DNA from: Actinomycetota bacterium
Lineage (GTDB): Bacteria; Actinomycetota; Acidimicrobiia; Acidimicrobiales; SZUA-35
Assembly: GCA_039029335.1 (NCBI GenBank)
Contig: JBCCGJ010000001.1
Coordinates: 1-60,668, forward strand
DNA length: 60,668 nucleotides
Direction of reading: 5' to 3'
The translations under genes and the position numbers were made by a program. Below the pieces are notes generated by a model. It was not told where the DNA came from. It saw only the letters and a program-made list of their open reading frames with translations, and did no database searches. The first letter of the stretch is position 1. Each line of letters opens with the position of its first letter. This document shows positions 1-7,739 of the stretch, in pieces.

Positions 1-838
1 CGAGCGGTTCGATGTCGTGCGGGAAGTAGCTGCCGTCCGCACACTGCAGCGGCGGATGATCACCGGGAACCTCCGGCGAACCGGACCAGATCCGATACCC
101 GCCCGCTCCCTCTGCGGTGCCGTCGAAGCCGCCGTTCACAAACGCCCCGGGATAGGGGTGGGTCACCGCCCGCACCAGCCGGTCGACCTCTACCACCGAC
201 ATCTCGGGACGGATCTCCCCGTCCTCCGGGCGGCGGCCCGGCCATTCGGTCGCCTGTGAGTCGTCCTGGGTCATGAGCTCGATCGAGTCGTCCACCAGGG
301 ATGACCAGGTGGCCCGGATCAACGCCTTGTGGGCCAGACCGACCGCGTCGTACAGCTCTGTTGCGGTGGTGGTCGGTGTGAGCGGAATGCGCTCCTGGCC
401 GAGGATCGGCCCGGTGTCGACGCCCTCGTCCAGCTTGAACATGGTCACGCCGGTCTCCGGGAGACCCTTGAGGATGGCCCACGGCACCGCTGCCCGTCCC
501 CGACCGACCGGCAGCAGGGTCGGGTGGATCCCGATGCAGCCCCGTTTCGGTGCAGCCAGCGTGTTGGGCCGGGCGATCTGGGACCACCCGATGATAAAGA
601 GCCAGTCCAGGTCGTGTTTCGCGACGGCCTCGACAACCGCGTCATCGGATACGTGCCGGGATTTGAGCAGCGGAACGTCGTGCTGCTTGGCGAAGTCGTC
701 CAGGTAGATCCGACCGGACTTCGACTTCGCCTGCTCGTCGGTCAGTGTGATCAGCAGGTCGAGTGAGCCACCGATTTCGTAGATCTCCTCGATGCAGTCC
801 ATGCCAAGCTGGACGCAGGTGACAAAGCCGAACTTCAT
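1..838 (-). CDS. Formyltransferase-family protein (Fmt/ArnA-N-like, probable sugar N-formyltransferase); the 3' end runs off the window
   Basis: Absent from the supplied ORF track because the frame stays open to position 1. Hand translation from the ATG at 838-836 gives MKFGFVTCVQLGMDCIEEIYEIGGSLDLLITL...LFIIGWSQIARP...GIHPTLLPVGRGRAAVPWAIL...MFKLDEGVDTGPIL. These are the IIGxxxI, HP(S/T)LLP and DxGxDTG motifs of the formyl_trans_N fold. It lies 20 nt downstream of the sugar-transferase gene on the same strand. Confidence 0.75.
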   Translation of the reverse strand, partial: MKFGFVTCVQLGMDCIEEIYEIGGSLDLLITLTDEQAKSKSGRIYLDDFAKQHDVPLLKSRHVSDDAVVEAVAKHDLDWLFIIGWSQIARPNTLAAPKRGCIGIHPTLLPVGRGRAAVPWAILKGLPETGVTMFKLDEGVDTGPILGQERIPLTPTTTATELYDAVGLAHKALIRATWSSLVDDSIELMTQDDSQATEWPGRRPEDGEIRPEMSVVEVDRLVRAVTHPYPGAFVNGGFDGTAEGAGGYRIWSGSPEVPGDHPPLQCADGSYFPHDIEPL

Positions 839-858
839 GCCGGGTACCGACCGCTGCA

Positions 859-1410
859 CTAGTACTGCGGTGGCGGGCTGAGGAGGTACCGCCCGGTCTT
901 GAAGATCAGTCCGAGGTCATACAGCGGGTTGTTCTGTGCGGCGTACTCGCCGTCGTGGGCCGCCTTCTCCTCCGGGCTCATGCCGTCGTAGGAGCGGAGC
1001 TGGGCAAGGCCGGTCAGCCCCGGCTTCAGCGCCGCGGCACCGTTGGCCTCACGCATGTCCAGCAGTCCGGTCTGGGACGGCAGTGCGGGACGGGGCCCGA
1101 CGATGGACATGTCGCCGCGGAGGATGCACAGCAGCTGGGGGAGTTCGTCAACGTTGGTGCGACGGATGATCGGTCCCATTCTGGTCAGTTTGACCTCTGC
1201 GGCATCGGCACTTTCGACGTCGGGGGTGCTGACCGGCATCGAACGCAGCTTCAGGATTTCGAACGGCTCGCCATCCTTGCCGACCCGTTGCTGGCGGAAG
1301 ATCGGGCTGTGGCGATCCTCCAGCCACACAAGCAGCATCGCAAGCAGAAGGATCGGGGAGGTCACCAGAAGCCCGGTTCCGGAGACCGCGATGTCGGTCA
1401 GGCGCTTCAT
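859..1410 (-). CDS. Small monotopic phosphoglycosyl transferase (Bac_transf / PglC-WbaP C-terminal type); initiating undecaprenyl-phosphate sugar-phosphate transferase
   Basis: 183 aa. N-terminal re-entrant helix (LLVTSPILLLAMLLVWLED), then SPIFRQQRVGKDGEPFEILKLRSM, DELPQLLCILRGDMSIVGPRP and GLTGLAQL. This is the classic bacterial sugar-transferase signature. Its ATG (1410-1408) overlaps the upstream TGA (1409-1407) as ATGA. Confidence 0.85.
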   Translation of the reverse strand: MKRLTDIAVSGTGLLVTSPILLLAMLLVWLEDRHSPIFRQQRVGKDGEPFEILKLRSMPVSTPDVESADAAEVKLTRMGPIIRRTNVDELPQLLCILRGDMSIVGPRPALPSQTGLLDMREANGAAALKPGLTGLAQLRSYDGMSPEEKAAHDGEYAAQNNPLYDLGLIFKTGRYLLSPPPQY

Positions 1411-2114
1411 CGGGGCGACACCCGGTTCCGGGAGAACGCAACCTCAAACGCCTCGGCGTAGTAGAGGTGGGACTCCGCCCCTCGCAGCGTGGCCTGGGCC
1501 CGAATGGCCTCCTCGCTGCGGGGATGGGGGTAGGGCCGCATGACACCTCGGTAGGCCCGGACCGCCTGGAGCTTGGCCTCCAGACCCTCCTCGCCGAGTT
1601 CCACAAAACACTCCGGCACAAAGGTGGGGCCGAGCTGACGGTAGGACCAGTCCGTTGCCGACAGGGTCTCCATCAGCAGCACCTGGCTGACGTACGACGC
1701 ATCGCTGTCGCGCTGGGGGAGCCGGGCCGCGGCCAGGGCGGCGTGAGCGGTGTGCTGATGATCGATGTTCAGATCACTTGGGTGGTGGGTGATGATGACG
1801 TCCGGCCTGAGGTCCCGTACCGCAGACTCCACGAACTGGACCATCTCCAGATGGGGCACGGTGTTGAATTTGATGTTGGGGAACGTCCCGGAGTAGATGC
1901 GCTCAACACCGAGGTGCTTGAGCGCAACGATCGTGTCCTCTTCGAGTTCGTTGTCCTGCGGTCGACGGGTCCTGGCAGCGGCGTTGGCCGACAGTATGCA
2001 GCAGCCAACCTCGTAGCCGGCCTCTGCGGCCTGCCACAGCGTGCCGCCACAGCCCAACGACTCGTCGTCAGGGTGTGCGACAACTGCAAGGACCGGTCCT
2101 TTAATCGGAAACAC
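1407..2114 (-). CDS. PIG-L / LmbE-family N-acetyl-sugar deacetylase
   Basis: 235 aa. VLAVVAHPDDESLGCGGTL zinc-site motif, followed by HHPSDLNIDHQHT. GTG start at 2114 is preceded by GGGAGGGG (RBS) on the minus strand. Confidence 0.85.
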   Translation of the reverse strand: MFPIKGPVLAVVAHPDDESLGCGGTLWQAAEAGYEVGCCILSANAAARTRRPQDNELEEDTIVALKHLGVERIYSGTFPNIKFNTVPHLEMVQFVESAVRDLRPDVIITHHPSDLNIDHQHTAHAALAAARLPQRDSDASYVSQVLLMETLSATDWSYRQLGPTFVPECFVELGEEGLEAKLQAVRAYRGVMRPYPHPRSEEAIRAQATLRGAESHLYYAEAFEVAFSRNRVSPR

Positions 2115-2182
2115 TGGTCAACCCCTCCCGCCGTACTTTGGGGTGTTTGGGCGCATATTTGGCACTTTAGCGGTTCTTCTCA

Positions 2183-2214
2183 GCTCGGGGCGTAGGCACT
2201 TATCTGCCCCGAGC
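2183..2214 (-). terminator. 9-bp-stem hairpin (GCTCGGGGC-N14-GCCCCGAGC) downstream of the PKS gene; possible attenuator or terminator
   Basis: Perfect inverted repeat with no U-tract on either strand. Function uncertain. Confidence 0.3.
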
Positions 2215-2260
2215 ATCGACACAAAACCCCCTTGACCAAAGGGATTTGTGAGTTATCGAT

Positions 2261-2281
2261 CCAAATTTGGACCAAATTTGG
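2261..2281. promoter_or_regulatory. Two adjacent copies of the 10-bp perfect palindrome CCAAATTTGG
   Basis: Copies at 2261-2270 and 2272-2281, in the 211-nt gap between the PKS stop (2326) and the PIG-L start (2114). They are strikingly AT-rich for this genome. Confidence 0.35.
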
Positions 2282-2325
2282 CCCCCGCTCACAGGCCGAA
2301 CGACCCGTCGGCGTTTTGGCCGCGG

Positions 2326-5300
2326 CTACTCGTCGATGTTGTTGTTCAGTTCCGCGGCGATGGCCGGCAGATCCATCTCGACGAACCGGCCTTGGAAGTG
2401 GCCGCCGACCCGGCGGATCACCGACTGGCCCGTGTGGAACCGGCTGAAGCCGAGGGTGGGATCGTCGATCGCCCCCTCCGGCTGAATGGTGGCCGGTAGG
2501 TACACCACATCGACGTCCAGCGTTCGTGGTGCGTAGTTCCAGAACGCATTGTCGTTGATGCGGCCGATTCGATTCAGGGTGGTCCGTCTGCCGGTGGAGA
2601 CCGGCTCGGCCAGCCGCATGAGCGTGGTGTAGGCCTTGGCTCTGACACCGCGGACGATGGCGTTCGCTTTGGCCTTGGTGTCGACGTCGGCGATCTCGCC
2701 GCCCTCGTCGTCCAGGCGGGCCAGGCTCAGCTGGTCCCGGGTCATCCGGGCGATCCAGCTGGGTTTGGCGTCCGGCCGGTACTCCGGATACTCCCGGCTG
2801 AAGGCCTGGATCATAAACACGTTCGAGACTTCTTCGCCCTGGTCGAGCAGCTTGGCCGCCATCTCCCAGGCGATGGTGCCGCCCATGCAGAACCCGCCGA
2901 GGTGATAGGGGCCCTCCGGCTGATGCTCCCGCACCTCTGCCAGGTACAGGTCCGCCATGTCCTCGATGGTGGTCAGCGGGTCGGCGACACCGTCGATGCC
3001 CTGGGACTGGAACCCGACAACGTCGATGTCCTTGCGGAGATGGCGGGCCAGCCGCTCGTACGACAGGACCGTGCCGCCGTGGGCGTGGACCAGGTAGACC
3101 GGTGGACCGTCGGCCGGTCGGACCCGGACTTTGATCTTCGGTTTGGTGGACGGGACAACGATCTTGCGGGCCGACCCGTTGGTCGCCGCACCGGTGCCGT
3201 TGGAGGCGCTTCCGTTCGTCGAGCCGTTGGCGGCAGCGGTGGCTGCGGAACCGCCGGCTCCGCCTGCTGCAGGTGCCTCGTCCTCCGTCACGCCGACACC
3301 GTGGGCCTCGAGCAGCGCGGCCAGGTCGCCGAGCGTCGGGTACTCCAGCACCGTCTCGACCGGGAGCTCGATCCCGAACTGGCGATCGATCTGGGTGAAC
3401 ATCTTCACCGCCATCAGCGACGTGCCACCGAGGTCCGGGAACTGGTCCGTCGAGGCGATCTCATCGTGGCCCAGCAGTTGGTTCCAGATGGCCGCGACCT
3501 TGCGCTCGGTCGGGGTGAGCCCTTCACCGGAGACGGCATCGGCCGAGTCCTGGTGGGGTGTCGAGCGGGCACCGACCGGCGCTTTGCGGGCCAGGCCGAG
3601 GTGTTCAAGGGGAATAGGGGAGACGATGACCGCCGGAAGATCCGACCCCAGGAATCGGTCGAGCGCCTCGATGGCCGGGGCCGGCTCGACGCCGCTGACC
3701 GCGGCCTTGGCCTGACCGTCGGCGCTGAGCTGGTTTGTCATGCCGGTCCCGGTCCACGCCGGATAGGCGATGGCCCGCACCCGGCCGTGGTCCCTGGCCA
3801 ACGCCTGCTGGAACGCGGTCGCCGAGGAGTAGTCCACCTGGCCGGCTTCGGGGTGGGTGGCGGCGATCGAGGAGAACAGGACCAGCTCGGCGTCGTGGTG
3901 CTCGGCCGCGGTGAGGAGCTGTAGCGAGCCTTCGATCTTGGGGTACAGCACCGGGCGGGCGCTGTCCGGATCCTTCTGGGCCAGCAGTGCATTGTCCAGC
4001 ACACCACCCAGGTGGATGATCGTGTCCAGGCCGCCCATCTCCGACGCCGCACCGGCAAGCGCAGCGTCGACGTCGGCCTGGTCGCCGAACCGCAACTCTG
4101 CGGTGTGAGCTCGGCCGTCGTCGGCAAGCTCAGCAAGAGCTTGCTGGTGCTCGTCGCCGACCGGACGGGAGCTGGTCAACGTGACCGAGTCCCCCCGGGT
4201 GATGAAGTGCCGGGCGAGCTCGAGACCGATGCCGCCGAACCCACCGACGATGGCGATCTTCTTCGGCCTGATCGATGCGACGTCCTCCGGGGGCAGGGTG
4301 GTCCGCAGATACTGCGGGGTCCAGCGATGGTTGTTGGCCAGGACGTGGACGTCCCCGTCGGCGGCAAGCGCTCCGGTGAACAGCTCGGCTGTGGCGCCGG
4401 GGCCGACGTCGATCAGTCGGGCCGAGATGGTCTCCATCTCGGCGTTGATCACCCGGACCGGACCGAGGGCCAACGCCCCGGTGGCGGTGGCTCCGCCGTC
4501 CCGGTCGGCACCGGGGTCCTGGAGCGGGTCGATCAGGTTGTTGGTGACAACAACAACGTCGATGGTTTCGGCGTAGTCGAAGGCGGTCAGCGCCCGGCCG
4601 ATGGCCAGCAGCTCAACGGTCTGGTCCGTCGGATCGTCGGCTGCCCAGTGATACACGATCCGACCGGGCAGGCCGCCGCCGGACTCCATATTCGAGAGCA
4701 GTTCCTTGAACCCATCCGCCGTCCAGCGGCCGACAGGGGCGGTTGCCCCGGTCACCGGGCCGAGCGCATCGACCCAGCCGGTCACCGCGTCAGACCCGTT
4801 GCCGACGGCCAACGTTGCCGTCCCGCCCGGGGCTGCGGCGCCGAACGCCGGGGCGAAACTCTCGACGTGGATCCAGTCGCTCGGCGAGGGGGAGCGGAGG
4901 TCCAACCCGGACAGGCCGCCGCCGGTGGCGGCCTGGCGATTCGCCGCCTTGAACCAGTGGGCTTTGCCTCCGAACGGATAGCCGGGGAGGGACCGAAGCA
5001 GCGTGCCGCCCGCCCCGTCCCCAGCGGAAACGCCGCCGCTGATGGCGGGCAGACCCAGCACACCGAGCCAGGTCCGGGTGGAGACGGCGTGGATCAGGTC
5101 GTCGACCTGACCGGTCCGGGGCGGGAGGGTGGAGCGGACCTGATGGTGACCGCTCCGCTTGGGGTGAGCGGTGACCAGGCCGGTCAGCGTTGCCGCCGGT
5201 CCCAGTTCGAGGAACGCTCGGGTCGCAGAGCCAGCCGGGGCGGCGTCCAGGAGGGTGGCCAGCCCGTCGGAGAACCGCACCGCTGAGCGGACCTGGTCCG

Positions 5301-7665
5301 CCCAGTAGCGGGGGTTGTTGCGATCGTCGTCGCTGTACCAGGTACCGCTGATGTTGGAGATGATCGGGATCTTCGGTGCGGCCATGGTGATACCGGCCGC
5401 CGCCTCGGCAACCTTCTCCGCCGCCGGTTCCATCGACGCGGTGTGGAAGGCGTGGGAGGTCCGCAGCGCCCGGTAGGCGATGTCCCGCTGGTCAAGATCG
5501 GCGGTGAGCCGTTCGATGGCCTGGTCCGGTCCGGCCAGGACAAGCGAGGTCTTCCCGTTCTGCACCGCCAGCTCAACCCCATTGCCGAGCAGCGGTTTGA
5601 TGGTTTCCTCGTCCGCTTCGACGGCAACCATCGAGCCCGGCTCGCAGTCGAACATGGACTGGGCCCGGACCGAGACCAGCCGGATCGTGTGCTCCAGACT
5701 CATCACCTCGGCCACCGCCGCGGCGGTCAGCTCGCCGATGGAGTGGCCGAGCATCGCCACCGGGGTCACACCTTCGGCGAGCCACCACTGGGCCAGGGCG
5801 TACTCGATGGTGAACAGCGTCGGCTGGGTCAGCCACGTCTCGGCCAGCCGGGCCTGGGCCGCCTTGACCGTGTCCTCGTCCGGCTCGGCGGCCGGGTCCG
5901 CATAGCCGGGCCACATCTCGGCCCGGATGTCGGTGTCGAGGTGGGAGCGGAACAGCTCGGCGCAGCGGTCCACCGCGTCCCGGAACACGTCGGAGGTCCG
6001 ATAGAGCCCGAGGCCCATCCCGGCCCGCTGTGAACCCTGCCCGGTGAACAGGAACACCGCCTCCGCCGGTTTCTCGGCTGAAGCCGCTGGGGCGCCGGTC
6101 AGCTCGGCGACCAGCGGGCTGCCCTTCGTGCGGAGCGCGTCGATCAGCCCGGCCCGGTCCGCGCCGTGGACCATGCGCTTCTCCTGCTGCGGCGCCCGGG
6201 TGTCCAGCGAGTGCGCCACATCGAGCAACGACACGTCCGGGTTGTCCGTCAGGTACTCGGCCAGTTCGGCCGAAAGGTCGTCGATGGCACCCTTTGTCCG
6301 GCCGGTCAGCACCAGCGCAGGAACGACGTTCTCCGACGCCGGGCTGGGCGCGGCGGTCGGCTGGCCTTCCTCAACGATGATGTGGGCGTTCGTGCCGCCC
6401 ATACCGAGCGAGGTGATGCCCGCTCGGCGAGGTCGTTCGCCCCGAGGCCACGGCGTGTTGATCGCGGCAGGGACAAACGGAGTGGAGGCAAAGTCGATCT
6501 GGGGGTTCGGTTTCTCGAAGTGGAGGGTCTTCGGCAGGACCTCGTTCTCCAGGCTGAGCACCACCTTGATCAGCGACGCCATACCGGCTGCGGCGTCCAG
6601 GTGGCCCACGTTGCTCTTCACCGATCCGATCTTGGCGAACCCGGTCTTGTCGGTATCGGCCTGATAGGCCTGGGTCAGCGCGGCAACCTCGATGGGGTCA
6701 CCCAGGTAGGTGCCGGTGCCGTGGGCCTCCACGTAGTCGATGCTGTCGGCGGTGACGTCGGCTGCGCCCATGGCCTCGGTGATGGCCGCGGCCTGCATGC
6801 TGACGCTGGGGGCCGTGAAGTCCGACTTCTCGTTGCCGTCGTTGTTGACCGCCGAGCCGCGGATGATGGCCCGGATGTTGTCCCCGTCGGCCTCGGCCTT
6901 CACCGCCTGCTTCAGGATGACCCCGCCGACCCCGCTGCCGAAGATGGTGCCGGTGGCATCGGCGTCGAACGCCCGGCAGCGGCCGTCCCTGGTGAAGACA
7001 CTGGCCTCCTCGTACAGGTGACCGGTCTTCAACGGCGCCCGGACTGCGGCGGCGGCCACGAGTGTCATGTCCGACTCGCCCGAGAGCAGGCTCTGGATGG
7101 CGTAGTGGATGGCCACCAGCGAGGTTGAGCAGGCAGTCTGGATGGTCAGCGCCGGTCCCTGCAGCCCCAGCTTGTAGGAGAGCCGGGTGGCCAGAAAGTC
7201 CTTGTCCGAGCCCAGCAGCGTGGGCAGGTAGTCCCGGTAGAACTCCCCGGACAGACCGGTGTCAAGGAAGTAGGTGTTCATCGCCGTCCCGGCGAACACC
7301 CCGATGCGACCGTCGAACGTTGCCGGGTCGTAGCCGGCGTTCTCCAGGGCGAGCCAGCCGGTCTCCAGGAGCTGCCGCTGCTGAGGGTCGATACTCTTCG
7401 CCTCTTTCGGGGAGTAGCCGAAGAACTCGGCGTCGAACCGGTCGGCGTCGTCCAGCACCGGAGCGGCGGGGACGAAGTTCGGGTCGTCGAGGAGTTCCGG
7501 GTCAACACCGGACTCCTGCAGTTCCTCCCTGGTGAACCAGGTGACCCCGTCGGTGCCGTCAACCAGGTTCCGCCAGTACTCGTCAAGGTTCTTGGCCTTG
7601 GGGAACCTGCCTGCCATCCCGATGATGGCGATGTCGAAGTCGGAGTACTGACTCTCGGATTCCAT
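2326..7665 (-). CDS. Single-module type I polyketide synthase, KS-AT-KR-CP-TE
   Basis: 1779 aa.
- KS: TACSTS, Cys179 codon at 7129-7131; EAHGTGT; NVGHLD.
- AT: GQGSQ; GHSIGE with Ser642 at 5740-5742; HAFH, the malonyl-type motif.
- KR: structural half plus IVGGFGGIGLELARHF, K1243, FSSIAAT..DYSSAT, and VLDNAL resembling the B-type LDD motif.
- Carrier domain: FPDLGGTSLMAV, Ser1416 at 3418-3420.
- Linker: Gly/Ala/Asn/Ser-rich.
- Thioesterase: YHLGGFCMGG, Cys1593 at 2887-2889; VGGHF.
- No DH or ER domain is seen.
- Start: ATG preceded by an AGGAAA RBS. Confidence 0.95.
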   Translation of the reverse strand: MESESQYSDFDIAIIGMAGRFPKAKNLDEYWRNLVDGTDGVTWFTREELQESGVDPELLDDPNFVPAAPVLDDADRFDAEFFGYSPKEAKSIDPQQRQLLETGWLALENAGYDPATFDGRIGVFAGTAMNTYFLDTGLSGEFYRDYLPTLLGSDKDFLATRLSYKLGLQGPALTIQTACSTSLVAIHYAIQSLLSGESDMTLVAAAAVRAPLKTGHLYEEASVFTRDGRCRAFDADATGTIFGSGVGGVILKQAVKAEADGDNIRAIIRGSAVNNDGNEKSDFTAPSVSMQAAAITEAMGAADVTADSIDYVEAHGTGTYLGDPIEVAALTQAYQADTDKTGFAKIGSVKSNVGHLDAAAGMASLIKVVLSLENEVLPKTLHFEKPNPQIDFASTPFVPAAINTPWPRGERPRRAGITSLGMGGTNAHIIVEEGQPTAAPSPASENVVPALVLTGRTKGAIDDLSAELAEYLTDNPDVSLLDVAHSLDTRAPQQEKRMVHGADRAGLIDALRTKGSPLVAELTGAPAASAEKPAEAVFLFTGQGSQRAGMGLGLYRTSDVFRDAVDRCAELFRSHLDTDIRAEMWPGYADPAAEPDEDTVKAAQARLAETWLTQPTLFTIEYALAQWWLAEGVTPVAMLGHSIGELTAAAVAEVMSLEHTIRLVSVRAQSMFDCEPGSMVAVEADEETIKPLLGNGVELAVQNGKTSLVLAGPDQAIERLTADLDQRDIAYRALRTSHAFHTASMEPAAEKVAEAAAGITMAAPKIPIISNISGTWYSDDDRNNPRYWADQVRSAVRFSDGLATLLDAAPAGSATRAFLELGPAATLTGLVTAHPKRSGHHQVRSTLPPRTGQVDDLIHAVSTRTWLGVLGLPAISGGVSAGDGAGGTLLRSLPGYPFGGKAHWFKAANRQAATGGGLSGLDLRSPSPSDWIHVESFAPAFGAAAPGGTATLAVGNGSDAVTGWVDALGPVTGATAPVGRWTADGFKELLSNMESGGGLPGRIVYHWAADDPTDQTVELLAIGRALTAFDYAETIDVVVVTNNLIDPLQDPGADRDGGATATGALALGPVRVINAEMETISARLIDVGPGATAELFTGALAADGDVHVLANNHRWTPQYLRTTLPPEDVASIRPKKIAIVGGFGGIGLELARHFITRGDSVTLTSSRPVGDEHQQALAELADDGRAHTAELRFGDQADVDAALAGAASEMGGLDTIIHLGGVLDNALLAQKDPDSARPVLYPKIEGSLQLLTAAEHHDAELVLFSSIAATHPEAGQVDYSSATAFQQALARDHGRVRAIAYPAWTGTGMTNQLSADGQAKAAVSGVEPAPAIEALDRFLGSDLPAVIVSPIPLEHLGLARKAPVGARSTPHQDSADAVSGEGLTPTERKVAAIWNQLLGHDEIASTDQFPDLGGTSLMAVKMFTQIDRQFGIELPVETVLEYPTLGDLAALLEAHGVGVTEDEAPAAGGAGGSAATAAANGSTNGSASNGTGAATNGSARKIVVPSTKPKIKVRVRPADGPPVYLVHAHGGTVLSYERLARHLRKDIDVVGFQSQGIDGVADPLTTIEDMADLYLAEVREHQPEGPYHLGGFCMGGTIAWEMAAKLLDQGEEVSNVFMIQAFSREYPEYRPDAKPSWIARMTRDQLSLARLDDEGGEIADVDTKAKANAIVRGVRAKAYTTLMRLAEPVSTGRRTTLNRIGRINDNAFWNYAPRTLDVDVVYLPATIQPEGAIDDPTLGFSRFHTGQSVIRRVGGHFQGRFVEMDLPAIAAELNNNIDE

Positions 7666-7739
7666 GTCGTTTCCTGGCTGTTCTGTGAACGGTGTTTTTG
7701 GTGAGCCCGCAGCGGGTGCGGGCGGTGTCGGCCGAGCCG

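Noticed and set aside
60-766. ORFs 60-587(-), 273-707(+), 329-766(+) and 445-645(-) at the left edge
   Set aside because: The third minus-strand frame (838 to 1) is open to the window edge and encodes a clean formyltransferase sequence. The listed ORFs are compositionally aberrant shadows.
2115-2325. tRNA or small RNA genes in the larger intergenic gaps (2115-2325, 11436-11659, 16630-16848, 30104-30201, 33109-33241, 42490-42698 and 47785-47877)
   Set aside because: I could read no cloverleaf-compatible arms or T-loop (GTTCGAATC-like) consensus. Only simple hairpins and palindromes are present. A covariance-model scan (tRNAscan-SE, Infernal) would be needed to be definitive.
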